The notes: generated by a model not told the origin, from the letters alone. A DNA stretch of 64,000 nucleotides from Paraspadella gotoi (GCA_051294375.1 CM119269.1:18855138-18919137); one strand, 5' to 3'; counted from the first letter of the stretch, positions 13,115-26,996 are shown. Numbers and translations are program-made.

Positions 13115-14703
13115 AAGTCAGCGAGAAAGAGAGAGAGTGAGATGGATCGCGAAAGCGAGAGAAACAAAAGATTCCTTTCGAATCATGGAGAAAAAAAGAC
13201 AACATTAGGGTGAAGGAAAAAAAATCGGAGAAAAAGAGAAAAAAAAAAGAAAAAGAAAGAAAAAGAGAAAAAAAAAAAGAAAAAGAAAAAGAAGATTGAA
13301 GGAGGGAAATAAAGAGAAACGACTTGGAGACAGAAATTGGGGGCGTTGCTGCGAACGAGGGATCGGAGGGGAGAAAAGGAAGGGAGAGAAAAGAAGTGGT
13401 AAAGGAGTTAGTGTAAGTTATGAAAATATTTAAGCAGATTAAATGCGAAAAAAAATATACTTTAATTGAGACACAGGAAAAAATCGAAAGAGAGAGGACG
13501 ATGAAGTAATTATGAATAAAAAGAATGGACCTAGATTTAGAAAGAGCAAGAAAAGAAAAGAAAAAAGATGTGGAAGATATAAAATGAAGTATAAAGAAAA
13601 CAAAAGCCATACTGAGAAAAGGAATAGAAAATAGAAGAATATTTAAAGATCCAAGAATAAAGAAGGATTGAAAAAGAAAAAGAAAAGAGAAAAAAAAAAA
13701 TGAGTTGAAAGAAAAGAAAGAGTAAAAGAAAAAGAAAAGAGTGAAGAAAAAGAAAGATGTGAAGAAAAAGAAAAGAGTGAAAGAAAAAAGAAAAGAGTGA
13801 GAAGAAAAGTGAAAGAAAAGAAAAAAAAGGGATAAGGTCAACCCGGAGGTTCGAGGAATCCTGGAACGTCACAGTGCAGAAGCCGCGGAGATTAAGGGGG
13901 GGGCATAAATGGGAGGTGGGGGGGAAAAAGAAGGAACCCGATGACATCATGAAATAATGGACGGAGCAGAAAAGGAAAAGGAGAAATTATTATTATCTGA
14001 GGAAATCAGATAAAAGAAACAAGAACGGAGAGAGAGGAAGAGATAGAGAGTGAAAGATGGAAAGACGAAGAAGAGAGGAGAGAAGGAGAGAGAGAGAAGA
14101 GAAGAGAGACGATGAGAGAAAGAGAAGAGAGAGAGAGAGAGAGCGTCAGAGACAGAAGAGAGGAGGAAATTTTCAAGGAAATTATGATGAAATCTAATTA
14201 TGTAAATTTCGTCGACGTCATTAAGGCTTTGAGATGAATTTGACTCCGACGCTTTTGTGATTCTCTCCCCGAACATTTTCTGCTTTAAGCTGCTTCGTCT
14301 GCCTCGTTTTGCACTTGGTTTTGCAGTTTCTGACTTGTCCCTGATTCAGGTGGTTGAAGCGTTTGTTTCGTTTCTTAAGTATAGTAGCCTAAACATTTTG
14401 ACAAAAAGTAAGTTTTGCGTCTAAAAATATTTTGGTCTTCGTCCGCATAGAATTTTTGTGACTTTTTTAATTTCAAGCTTTTGCATTCATGTATAAGGCC
14501 TTTACAGTTGTTTGTCTGATTGATGGCCGTCTCACAGCTCTCTCCATCTCACGTTTTTGCTTAAACACGCTTTTATATTTTTAATTAAGGATTCTTTAAG
14601 CGATTTTCAACTTCTGGAAAATGTGAACTACGTACGCTTTTAACTGCCTACTCCCGAAATCCGACTGCTTGAAACTGCTTCGAACCGCCAGCTTTATTTT
14701 TAC

Positions 14704-14848
14704 CTCGGCTGCACCGAGACTATGATGTGTCGAGTCTTGCAAATTTGCGCGTCGCAGATTTTGACGCGAAGGGGATAATCCAGCGGCGGAACGCGGCGCC
14801 GCAGGTAAAGCGTCAGCACTCCGCGCATGCGCCGCCCAGGGGCATTGT
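14704..14848 (-). CDS. Cadherin exon 11 (DNAPGRRMRGVLTLYLRRRVPPLDYPLRVKICDAQICKTRHIIVSVQP), EC4 C-half
   Basis: ttgcag|...|gtaaaa; 145 nt, phase 1-2. YxLxVxIxD...IxVxV beta-strand pattern of a membrane-proximal EC-like domain. Confidence 0.82.
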
Positions 14849-15060
14849 CTGCAAGGGGGACAGGCGGGAGGAGAAGAGTGAAGATTAATTTGGTTGTACA
14901 ATCTAAGCGGCACATATTTTTACATTTAACAAATTTTTAATTTTTTTTATTTAAAACAAATTTGTTTGGGTTTTTTTTTTATTGAAATGAAGGTTAATCG
15001 TAAGTAGGGCCCCACCTTTTGAAACCGGACTCTTCAAAATAATTAAAGGGTGGGGACTGG

Positions 15061-16673
15061 GAAGTGGGTACCGTTCACAATTTAAGAACAAAGGATTGTT
15101 ATCATTGATCCCCGAAGTCATTGTCTCAGACTGAAAGGCAAACGAGGGTGAAGAAACGATTTTCTCTTAAAGGAGCGAAGGTCGCAACTTTTCCAATAAA
15201 AGGGAAAAGAGGGAAGCGTCGAGTCTCCGCCAGAGACGTCGTTGGAATTTGACGGAGATGAGTTTGATAACTCGAGGGAGTCACGCGTCAAAACAGAGAC
15301 GGAAGTTTGGGTGTGATTCGTTCACGGTGAGAAATTGGGGAGTGAAGGAGAGGAGGCGAAGATGAGGAAAGTGAGGGAGGGAAAAACGATGGAAAAAATT
15401 TAAGGGAAGAGGAGTGGAAAATTAAGAGTGGGAAAGAGAGAGACAAACGAATGAAAAGAAATAGAGAACACAAACTTGAGAAAACGAATTGAGACACGCG
15501 CAAAGTTTTCGTTTGGTTTGAAAATAATTATTTTTACTCTTTTCTATGTAGATTGTGTTTTAGTTTAGCCAAAAATAGTTGCACAGGGATTAATTAGGAA
15601 TAGAAATAAAATATTTTTTACAATAACCGTTATCCAAATGAATATGTCGATACATACGTAAAAAGCTTTTGATTCTATTATTTTCTTTTATTTAGACTTA
15701 GCTTTGTTTTGTTTTGATGCTCCTGTATGTACTGAATCAACCTTGTTGAATTCGAAATAAAACGCATAATAATTATTCTATTATTCTATTATTTTCTCCG
15801 TCAACAGTCGATTCAACTTTCCCTCTTTCTTCTCTCTCTCTCTGCAGATGGCATTGTCTGAGCAACCAAGGAACGTAGTGCTATACCTTCGCATTGTGAA
15901 GACCTGTAGGACGCTACTGCAATAAAATCAATGACTATGAGTTAAGTGACTTGAAGTGTACCTTTCACAATTTTAAGAACAAAGGATTGTTATCATTGAT
16001 CCCCGATATCATTGGTCTCAGGACTGGAAAGGCAACGAGGGTGAAGGAAACGGGATTTTTCTTAAAGGGAGGGAAGGTCGCAGACTTTTCCAATAAAAGG
16101 GAAAAGAGGGAAGCGTGGAGTCCCGGCCAGAAGACGTCGTTGTGAAATTTGACGGAGATTAGAGAATTTGATAACCATCGAGGGAGTCACGTCGTCAAAA
16201 ACAGATGACGGAAGTTTGGTGTGATTCGATTCGACGGTCGAGAAATTGGGGAGTGAAGGAGAGGAGGCGAAGATGGTAGGAAGTGAGGGATGGAAAAACC
16301 GATGGAAAAATTTAAAGGAAGAGGAGTGGAAAATTAAGAGTGGGAAAGAGACGAGACAAACGAATGAAAAAGAAAATAGAGAAACACAAACTTTGAGAAA
16401 ACACGCGCAAGTTGTCTTTTTGTTTGAAAAAAATTATTTTTACCTTTTCTATGTTAGATTGTGTTTTAGTTTAGCCACAAGATAATTTTGCACAGGACCA
16501 TCAGGATTTAAAGGTGAGAACGGGGAGATTAATTAGGAATAGAAATAAAATATTTTTTACAATAATCGTTATCCAAATGAATATGTCGATACGTACGTAA
16601 AAGACTTTGTGAATTCTATTATTTTCTATTATTCTATTATGTTTCTCCGTCACAGTCGATTCGACTTCACTCT

Positions 16674-16690
<17 letters not shown>
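15061..16690. repeat. Direct duplication of about 0.75 kb (15061-15840 vs 15953-16690)
   Basis: Colinear shared text (aagaacaaaggattgttatcattgatcccc ... cagtcgattc) with many small indels; a 25-N gap follows at 16895. Confidence 0.88.
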
Positions 16691-16745
<55 letters not shown>

Positions 16746-18298
16746 CTCTCTCTCATCCTCTACTCTTCTTCTCCCTCTCTCTCATCATAATTATTCAATA
16801 AACTCACCCCCAATTTTTTTGATCCCCTCTTAAAAAAAATGAAAAACTACCTCCGAATGCTCGGAATTGCGTCGACCTCGACATTCCCCGGGACNNNNNN
16901 NNNNNNNNNNNNNNNNNNNCTCCTACCGCCCTGCCATCCCCGCTTTGATCCCTTACCCGTTTCCTTCCCCTCCCACATCTCTCCCCTGCGGGCCGTCAAC
17001 GGCGGGGAATCCACTAAAACTCGTAATGGGCCAATTTCCAACTGTTGTTACGGCCGTTGACCAGCGTCGCGAGGTAACAGGGCTTTGCAGTCGGATTACA
17101 GGAAAGGAGAGCGGATGGGAGAGAAGGAGGGAAAAAGGAAAGAGAGGTAAGGGTGCCAATGTGGCGAGAATGTGGGTAAGGGATACTAGGTTAAGGAATT
17201 TGAAACGCGGTGAGGAGACATCGGCGACGGAGGAGGCGGGATGGAAATAGAAGAGGAGGAGGAGGGGAAAGAGGGAGGCTTAATGGCCGTTCGGACAATG
17301 GAAGACGGCGCCGGCGGGCGAGCGGGCGGGAAGACGCCGGTCTCGCCCGAGAAAGTGCCGAGCAGGCAATCGCTTGAGAAAGCCCGGAATGAGTGGCCAC
17401 CAATGAGAGCGGCAAGGTGATCAGAGTGGAGCAGGCGACCACATGAGAAAGATCGTCGTAGCAGCAAGTGTAGACTGCAAGAGAAAGATGGCTCTGGTTA
17501 CCCCCTGGTTGTGGGCAACCGCTTGTGAATGATCGGGGTGGAGACCGCCTGTTTAAGTGGCGCTTTGGGCATCGTTTGACAAATCAGAGAGCATCTGAGA
17601 GGAAGAGGAAGAGGAAGAGGAGGCGAGGCCGAAATAGAAACAAATCACAAACTGGGAAAAAGGACAAGAATTATGTGGGCGGAGGAATTGGGAAGTGGAA
17701 GGAGGGAGGAGGGGAGAAGGCGAGAAGAGGAGGGAGAAAAAGAAAAATGAGAGGGTAAGTGAGAAAAGGAGTTAGGGGGGAGCAGGAACGCTTAATATTT
17801 TCATCACTCCACCCTATTGTGTATAGTATGTACTTTATACTATATAGGCTAATGATTGGTTCCTTATCATTGTTGCGTTTCTCTCATCATCTCATACAGC
17901 GTAAATTCTAAATTGTACAGTGTGGCGGTATATTCACACTGCCTCATGTCCGTCATCGTTGAGCCAATCTCAGTTCCATCCACAGTCTTAACGACTTCCC
18001 TCTGAGTTGGCAAAGCGAGACCGTCCTAGGGTAACCGCGTCAGTGAGGGTCACAAAGGGTCGGAAGCCCCCAGAGCCAACAGTGAGATGCCCCATCCTAA
18101 TGGGCATCACAGGCAACCCGGCTGTTGCCATAACAGACTGTTAACTCACGGCTGCCAGTGATTAATCCATTTTCCGGTTAGAGTTAGACTCACAGTGACT
18201 CGCCTTTGGTAAGTCTCTTCACTCATCATCACGGCCTGTCACGTAATTCTATTTATTTCGCCATTTCTCATTTTCTCTCCCGTCCTCAGCTCTCTCAC

Positions 18299-18454
18299 CC
18301 TGGCGAAAGGAGAGCGCGAAAAATTCCCTCTCGTTGGTGAGATGAGCGCTGAGTCTCCCGTTGACGATGGGCGTGTCTCGATCCTGGACGACGACGCTGC
18401 CGACGGAGGAGTTGGCCGAGTTGTTGGCGGCGGCGACGTTGAAGTGGGTTCGGC
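18299..18454 (-). CDS. Cadherin exon 10 (GRTHFNVAAANNSANSSVGSVVVQDRDTPIVNGRLSAHLTNEREFFALSFRQ), EC4 N-half
   Basis: VxDxD and ..FF.L patterns; ctccag|...|gtgaga; 156 nt, phase 1-1. Confidence 0.85.
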
Positions 18455-19436
18455 CTGGAGGATGAAGAGGTAGAGGAAATTTGTGATATTTTTCAATTTA
18501 TGATAGTTATCACGGATGTAATAACTAATGTTTATTCAAAACAAGATGAAAAACGAGCCAGCATCACCGACCAGCGGCTAAAAATCGCTTTCCATTTGAA
18601 AGCGCTTTTATAAATGGAATAAGATTAAGAAAGTACGTATATAATATATATACATAGACGGAGATTAAGAACTAGTACAGTAATAAGACGTTCGCGGCCA
18701 TGGATGAGAAAAAGCTCGACGTTTTAGAATAGATATCGGAGTCTTCTCTTTCCCCGTTTAAACGGGGGGGCGGCAATCTGTGTTATTTCTGTCGATAAAG
18801 TTGTATTTATAGTCACCCTTTCAATTTAAGCGTCATTAAAAATTAAAATTCATTCAATGTTCCAACGTATTCCCATGCCAGAATATCACCCGCATCGAGC
18901 TTAGTATTTTCATGACGGAAAAAGCAACTTCATCTCTCGGTCATTTATCTCAGCAACACAATTAGCGGAGCCTGGGATTATTGAGTCACGCCATAGCGCC
19001 GGTATATTCACGTGATGGAAAAAAAAAATCGTTAAGCGCACTGCGCGGAATTAAAAGCACTGTGCCGACTCAAACGAGTCTCCCTTTGTGCATTAAATCC
19101 ACTATCGATGAATTAAGTCCCTATCAATCTTGGAGGGATAAAAAATAGAGAGATTTAATGGATCCAGAGGGAAAAGCTTGGGAGTGGAGAGAGAGAGAGA
19201 GAAAGAGAGAGAGATTTCTGGCGAGTGTGAGACGAGATTCAAATCTCACGAGATTCCAAGGTCTAAGATCGAAGATGTGATTTCTCGGTTTTTGAACCCT
19301 TTCAACGAATTATCATATGTTTTATAATTATTTGAAGACCTAAAGAGTGAAATTTAGCATGTTGTACCCGCAACGTTCGGTAAGTTTTTAAAACGTCAAC
19401 CTACCCACCAAGTCACCCACAACTCGGTCTACTCAC

Positions 19437-19514
19437 CAACAAAGTTTGGCGCGGCGTCGTTGATGTCTGTGACTTCGACGGTGATTATTGCTTTGTCGCG
19501 TTTCGTTGTTTCGT
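19437..19514 (-). CDS. Cadherin exon 9 (NETTKRDKAIITVEVTDINDAAPNFV)
   Basis: IxVxVxDIND.APxF linker; ttacag|...|gtgagt; 78 nt, phase 1-1. Not reported in the ORF track. Confidence 0.92.
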
Positions 19515-19983
19515 CTGTAAAGTAGAGAAAAAGGACGATTTAAATATCACTACATAATATCAGCCGAAAAGAGATTTTTTTGTNNNNNNNNNNNNNNNNN
19601 NNNNNNNNNNNNNNNNNNNNNNNNNNNNNNNNNNNNNNNNNNNNNNNNNNNNNNNNNNNNNNNNNNNNNNNNNNNNNNNNNNNNNNNNNNNNNNNNNNNN
19701 NNNNNNNNNNNNNNNNNNNNNNNNNNNNNNNNNNNNNNNNNNNNNNNNNNNNNNNNNNNNNNNNNNNNNNNNNNNNNNNNNNNNNNNNNNNNNNNNNNNN
19801 NNNNNNNNNNNNNNNNNNNNNNNNNNNNNNNNNNNNNNNNNNNNNNNNNNNNNNNNNNNNNNNNNNNNNNNNNNNNNNNNNNNNNNNNNNNNNNNNNNNN
19901 NNNNNNNNNNNNNNNNNNNNNNNNNNNNNNNNNNNNNNNNNNNNNNNNNNNNNNNNNNNNNNNNNNNNNNNNNNNNNNNNNNN

Positions 19984-20019
<36 letters not shown>

Positions 20020-20690
20020 TCTCAAGTCATCAGTTCCTCTTTCTAAGATCTTTTCAGTGTCGTCAAGAGAGTGGGAGAAGAAAGAAGATCGAGAGACGTG
20101 GAAGAGAAGCGAAAATATTAGGCGAAATGAGAAGAAGAGAGGGACGATAGAGAGGGAGTAAAAAAAAAGGGAAGGGGAGAAGAAGAAGTCGAAGAAACCC
20201 TAAAGTCAAGAAAGACAAAACGATGGGTAAAAGAGAATTAGGAAAAAAAAAAGCCCATAAAAAAGCCATTGCTTGCTTTTTTTACTGCTTTTTTTTCTTT
20301 CTTCTTTGAAAGGAAGCTTCGACGGAGCCAAGGTTTTCACAGAGATTCGGTACTAACGACATGAGCGACAGAGCGAGAGAGAGAGAGAGATAGAAAGACT
20401 GAGAGAGAGAGAGAGAGAGANNNNNNNNNNNNNNNNNNNNNNNNNNNNNNNNNNNNNNNNNNNNNNNNNNNNNNNNNNNNNNNNNNNNNNNNNNNNNNNN
20501 NNNNNNNNNNNNNNNNNNNNNNNNNNNNNNNNNNNNNNNNNNNNNNNNNNNNNNNNNNNNNNNNNNNNNNNNNNNNNNNNNNNNNNNNNNNNNNNNNNNN
20601 NNNNNNNNNNNNNNNNNNNNNNNNNNNNNNNNNNNNCTTTTTTTTTTTAAATAGTTTTCTTTTTACTTTATTTTCTTTTTCGCCCTCTCT

Positions 20691-20955
20691 CTAGTCTTTC
20701 TTTTCTTTTCTCTAGTCTTTCTTTTCTTTTCTCTAGTCTTTCTTTTCTTTTCTCTAGTCTTTCTTTTCTTTTCTCTCGTCTTTCTTTTCTTTTCTCTAGT
20801 CTTTCTTTTCTTTTCTCTAGTCTTTCTTTTCTTTTCTCTAGTCTTTCTTTTCTTTTCTCTAGTCTTTCTTTTCTTTTCTCTAGTCTTTCTTTTCTTTTCT
20901 CTAGTCTTTCTTTTCTTTTCTCTAGTCTTTCTTTTCTTTTCTCTAGTCTTTCTTA
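20691..20955. repeat. 21-bp minisatellite (ctagtctttcttttcttttct), about 12 copies
   Basis: Near-perfect period 21. Confidence 0.93.
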
Positions 20956-21508
20956 TCTTTTTTCATTTTTTCAAGTTGTTTCTCAAGAATTTTTCTCCCT
21001 TCCTTTCCTTTTTCTTTTCCTTTTATTCTTCTTTTCCACTCTTCCTTTCTTTTCTCCTTATTTTTGTTTTTATCTGATGATTTCTTAATCTTCTCTTCAA
21101 TTTCAATTTCGAAATTTTATCAAAAAATATTAAGTTCACTCGTTTACTAACTTTTTCATTTTTTTCCTAAACTTTATTAGCCTCAGCCGAAAATTGATTT
21201 GTATTTGGCTCAGCTGAGTCAGCCCAACTTTGTTGTTTAACTGTCTGACATAAATGTAAACAAAAATACGAGTCTACTTTCCTATTTCGCTTTCTGTCTT
21301 TCTCTATTTAAATTCCTAAATCTTATTTAACCAATTTTTTGTCTTTTTAAATTTGTCTTAAATAAACTACTTTATTAAATAGAAAAGTATTTATCTCGAA
21401 AACAATTGATCGCCTAAAATCAACGGACGGACAGACAGGAAGAGGACGACATAATAATCTTCGACCACAAAAGTATCTGGTTCCATCACGATTAAAGTCA
21501 AATTCAGA

Positions 21509-21619
<111 letters not shown>

Positions 21620-21754
21620 GCCATTGCGACGCCCATCAGTCCTTTATTGCGAGTTTAAAGACATCGTAACGATTTCAGTCTCATTCCGGTTCCAAGTTTT
21701 TTTTTCGTCGGACAACGACGACGACGACGACGAAAAAGGAGACGATGGATTCTC

Positions 21755-21878
21755 ATTCCCCGGCCCCATTGGTCATTGGACCAATATTCCCCGGCCCCAT
21801 TGGTCATTGGACCAATATTCCCAGGCCCCATTGGTTATTGGACCGATATTCCCCGGCCCCACTGGTCATTGGATCAAT
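21755..21878. repeat. 31-bp minisatellite (attccccggccccattggtcattggaccaat), 4 copies
   Basis: Period 31. Each unit contains the hairpin ATTGGTC-attg-GACCAAT. Confidence 0.9.
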
Positions 21879-24112
21879 TCAGCCGAAGAATTAAGAAAGA
21901 TAAAGATAAAGATAAATAAGAGTGAGAGCATGAGAGCGAGAGATAGAGAGNNNNNNNNNNNNNNNNNNNNNNNNNNNNNNNNNNNNNNNNNNNNNNNNNN
22001 NNNNNNNNNNNNNNNNNNNNNNNNNNNNNNNNNNNNNNNNNNNNNNNNNNNNNNNNNNNNNNNNNNNNNNNNNNNNNNNNNNNNNNNNNNNNNNNNNNNN
22101 NNNNNNNNNNNNNNNNNNNNNNNNNNNNNNNNNNNNNNNNNNNNNNNNNNNNNNNNNNNNNNNNNNNNNNNNNNNNNNNNNNNNNNNNNNNNNNNNNNNN
22201 NNNNNNNNNNNNNNNNNNNNNNNNNNNNNNNNNNNNNNNNNNNNNNNNNNNNNNNNNNNNNNNNNNNNNNNNNNNNNNNNNNNNNNNNNNNNNNNNNNNN
22301 NNNNNNNNNNNNNNNNNNNNNNNNNNNNNNNNNNNNNNNNNNNNNNNNNNNNNNNNNNNNNNNNNNNNNNNNNNNNNNNNNNNNNNNNNNNNNNNNNNNN
22401 NNNNNNNNNNNNNNNNNNNNNNNNNNNNNNNNNNNNNNNNNNNNNNNNNNNNNNNNNNNNNNNNNNNNNNNNNNNNNNNNNNNNNNNNNNNNNNNNNNNN
22501 NNNNNNNNNNNNNNNNNNNNNNNNNNNNNNNNNNNNNNNNNNNNNNNNNNNNNNNNNNNNNNNNNNNNNNNNNNNNNNNNNNNNNNNNNNNNNNNNNNNN
22601 NNNNNNNNNNNNNNNNNNNNNNNNNNNNNNNNNNNNNNNNNNNNNNNNNNNNNNNNNNNNNNNNNNNNNNNNNNNNNNNNNNNNNNNNNNNNNNNAGTTA
22701 TCTCTGTATATTTTTTTTATTTTCCTATCTTTTTCTTTAATCCTTTTTATTCTTTTATTCCCTTAATAGTTAATACCATCTCCCTGAAAAACTTTTTTTA
22801 ATACCTTTTAACTTCTTCCATATCCTTACTCACCCCCTTCCACTCTCCATGCATTTGTTTAAATCTTTTAACTCCTACCACTCTTCAACACCCTTTCCAG
22901 TATTTTTGTCACGCAGGCTGTACAAAGAAGGAGGAAGGTCGAAGCTTTGGAGACATTAAAATGTTGGTCGTAAAAATTGAAATTGGAAAAAGTTTGTTAC
23001 CGTTTAGTAGTTTGGTTCTTTCGCCTCCATTGAACGAGTTCTATGGGGACCTAATTTAGGCGGAAAGGTTTTTAACGGTATTGGGTCCTCGCCTCCTCGG
23101 GCGTTTTTTTTTCTTTCTCTTTTATCCGCGGGTGTCGACGTTTTGGTTGAAATGAACCCGCGCTACCTGTCGGCCGTTCTTCTTTTCTTTTGTGCACCTT
23201 CCATCTTTCGTCTTTTTGGTTCCGAGCGACTTCCGTTCGATTGTGAGCGCGATCTTTTTCGTTCCGTACAAAAGTCTAGCCTTCTTTTAGTTTAGTTTTA
23301 TTGTTATTGTTCAGGCTTCAGACCGGTAAAATCCGGATTTTATTTATTTTAATCTTTGTAATGTTTCTCATTTAAAAAAAAAGTATGTCCTTTTTTAAAT
23401 CTTTGTTGTCGTCTACGCCGTTTTGACCGTCGCCTTTTTTTCAACTTTTTGTGCTGAATTAAAATTAAAAATACTGTTTCTGTTTTACTTAATAATTCAT
23501 GATATACTCTTTATTTTCGCAGAATGCAATACTGTTTTGCTGCTTGATCCATCGCAGTCTCCCTTTTGCCATTAACTGCCAGCAGCCGACATTTCTACTG
23601 ACAATCACGAGTCGACTAAAGCCAACATTTACAGTTGCCAAGGAAAGAATTCTAACTGATCTGACGTAAAATAAGTGAGGACTATATCTGTAAGAATAAT
23701 TACATTAAAACCTTACCTCGAAATCTTCCCGGACATTTCCTTTTCACTCTCGATTTGGTTTCTCTCTCTTTATTTTGTTCTCAATTTCATTCGCGGTTTT
23801 TTTTCTTTCATTGGCTGTCCGTCACCATTTCGCTCTCTCTGTCCCTTTTTTCTTTCTCTCTGTTCATCTCTATTTCTCTCTCTCTTTCGCTCTCTCTCTA
23901 ATCGAATAAATATCGAAGAAAATACGATGCGGATGGAAAGATCGGAGAGAAAGAGAGAGAGAAAGAGAGAAAGAGAGAGAGAGAGAGGAGAGAGAGAAGA
24001 GAAGAGATAGAGAGAGAAAAGAGATTAGAAGAGAAAGCGCTCGTTGTAGTTTCGAGAGACATTTTCCCTCTTGCGTAAATGAGAAAGCGATGCGGTTTGT
24101 TGCCGAATGGGA

Positions 24113-24151
<39 letters not shown>

Positions 24152-24303
24152 TCGTTTCAATGCGAGTGTTTACTGCGCTCTGGCGGTGGCGTTTGCGTCA
24201 AGACTTTTCTCATTGCGCCTTTGCATCTCTCAATGCGTCCCACAATGCAGGTTTTCTCTCCTTCGACACCGCTTCCTTCATACACCCCATTTTGCACCCC
24301 GCA

Positions 24304-24460
24304 GCTCCGCCGCTGCTCGATCCAACACCCCCTTTCCTTCCGCACCGCTGCTCAGCCGCCCCTTCCTCTCCGCCGCTGCTCGATCCGACGCCCCCTTTTC
24401 CTCCGCCGCACCGCTGCTCCGCCGCCCCTTCCCCTCCGATGCTGCTCGATCCGACGCTTA
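24304..24460. repeat. GC-rich ~65-bp tandem repeat, about 2.4 copies
   Basis: Recurring ctccgccgctgctcgatcc ... ccgcaccgctgctc. Confidence 0.75.
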
Positions 24461-24607
24461 CCTCCGTCGCGTCCCTCCTCCACCCGCATCGTGAAATTTT
24501 GTCACCTCACAGTTGGAATTCGGAATAGAAACGGGATTCTTAAAATATTCATTCCTTTCTCTTCCTTCTTCTCCTATCTTTGCCTCTCGGCGCCTCTCTT
24601 TGTGCAT

Positions 24608-24870
24608 GTCTATCCCTATCTTCGTGTCACCATTCTTCTCTTTGCTTTTCTGTACCTCTCTCACTTCATGTCTATACCTATTTTCGTGTCACCATTCTTC
24701 TTTTTGCATCTCTGTACTTTTCTTACTTTATGTCTATACCTATCTTCGTTTCACCATTCTTCTTTTTGCTTCTCTGTACCTTTCTTACTTTATCTATACC
24801 TATCTTCGTGTTACCATTCTTCTTTTTGCTTCTCTGTACCTTTCTTACTTTATGTCTATACCTATATTCG
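24608..24870. repeat. ~61-bp tandem repeat, about 4.3 copies
   Basis: Recurring tgtctatacctatcttcgtgtcaccattcttctttttgcttctctgtacc. Confidence 0.88.
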
Positions 24871-24888
24871 ATTCTCCATGCTTCTGTT

Positions 24889-24946
<58 letters not shown>

Positions 24947-26735
24947 TGCGTGTGTCTCTCTCTCTTTTTTTTTATCTCTCTATCTGTATCTCTCTCTCTC
25001 TCACTCTATCTCTCTCTCTCACACTAACGAAATTCGTTCAAAGTTTTGACCGTCACTTTGAAGACCTCACTTTTGAGTTCGAACGGCCTTTAAATCTTAT
25101 TCTCAATCCATGAGGTAAAACTTTTAAGTCCCATTATAAAAAGCTTTTCAAAAACTATCAAATTTAATCAGACTAACTAAATATGTCAATAAAAGAACCC
25201 TGCATAAAACCGCTATTGAGTCTGATACAAACGAGCATGATTATTTGTTGTGACATAACGAGCTTCTTCCATATTCCAAACATGAGTAACTTTTGTTTTC
25301 CAAAAACGGCCTAACAATATTTCATTTTTTTTTAATTCAAACACATCCGGTTATGGGGTTAGGCCTCCAAGAGTTGCTCAGTCGTTAGAGCTATGTGTGA
25401 TGAGAGAGAGAGAGAGAAAGAGAGCGAGAAGAGAGAGAAGAGAGAGAGACGGAGGAAGAGAGAAGACAGAGGAGCCAGAAAGAGAGACCCCCTGGTACCA
25501 TCGTTTTCGTTCGAAACTGGGAATTTTCGGTTAGACGACGAAGCGAGAAAAGCAAAAAAAAGAGAGTTTTCATGAAATAAAGAGTGAGAGAGAGAACGAG
25601 GAGAGGAGACGAGATGAAGGGGAGAGAGAGAGAGGAGGGAGAAGGGGAAGCAGATAACGAGGTGGAGGACGACGACCGAAAGAACGAAGGATGTGATTTA
25701 GATGACAACGGAAAGGGGACGGATAAGGAGACGGATAAGGGGACGTATAAGGGGACGAGGCCATGGACGTGAGATGAAGACATACAAACGACAACAAACG
25801 AAACAAACCGACAACGACGCCATTTCTATTTTTTTTTTGTGGCGGTGTGGGGGAGGGGCAAGCGACTGCTATGGACGTGCGACGAGAAAAATGAGAAATG
25901 TTGAAAATTATCGCATTTTGGACCCCATTCATTTTGTGATATAATCGTATTTTCAAAATCTCCAACAAAAAAAATGATTTCAGAAATACAAGAAAATTTG
26001 TGTTTTTCTTCCTCCGATTTCAGTTTTTATAAATTTTTTTATAAAACGCGAATATTTTTCTTCTCCTTTTTTTTCCTGTAAGCGAAACTTCGAACAGCTT
26101 TGCAGTTTCGCTCGGAATTATGCTTTCTCCGAGCGGAGAGAACCTTCTTTCGCTTTCGCATGTGATGTATCGTTCCGTTCCAAGCCGTTACGTTTCCTTT
26201 CTTTTTTTGTCAAATGCTTCGCGTACGATAGTGCGTGCAAATGGGCCGCTCAAGTCGTCGTCCCGGATCGCAATCGTTGGCGCTCAGAGACGAACGAGAA
26301 TCGGAGTTCACATCAACAGACGAATTCGCGCAAAAACATTTGGAATGATTCTTTCGTTACAATAGGCAGAAGCGAAAGAGTCTGGACGGTTCCGCTTTGA
26401 ATTCAAGTCTTTCTACCTGCGTTTCCGTGCTTCGATGAGTCATCTCTTCCTCGACGCTGTTATCTGTAATTTTCCTGCTGCACGGCAATTCCTCCAGGAC
26501 TCTAGGCGTCGTGTCGCACGCGCAATTTCCTCCGTCGACCGTCCTCCAGCTTATAAATATGACCTCTTTTCTCTCTTCTCTTTTCTTTTTTTTTTTTTTT
26601 GGTTCCAGATTAATTTATGGGCAGAAGAGAAAAAATAATTTCATTGGAGGATGGGGTTGCTGTTGTTGTTGTTGTTGTGTCGTGTCAGGCTCTCTCTCTC
26701 CTTCTCTTCTCTCTCTCTCTCTCTCTCTCTTTCCT

Positions 26736-26806
<71 letters not shown>

Positions 26807-26963
26807 ATCCACAGCTTTTCAATAACATCCATCTTCCATTCTGCGACAGAGTTTCGAAACCCGGGACTTTCAGGTTCGCGCGATTAAACATGCTGAACCG
26901 GAATAGGGTTCATAGGATGAGAGAGGAGATGGATGACGAGACATGAGAGAAGAGAGAGAGGAG

Positions 26964-26996
<33 letters not shown>

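Noticed and set aside
18176-18190. Minus-strand GTCTAACTCTAACCG resembling the vertebrate telomerase RNA template (CUAACCCUAAC)
   Set aside because: It has a mismatch inside the template, and I see no U-rich/A-rich pseudoknot, CR4/5 or H/ACA elements around it.
21755-21878. CRISPR-like 31-bp palindromic repeat
   Set aside because: The units are directly adjacent with no spacers, there are no cas genes, and the context is a eukaryotic intron.
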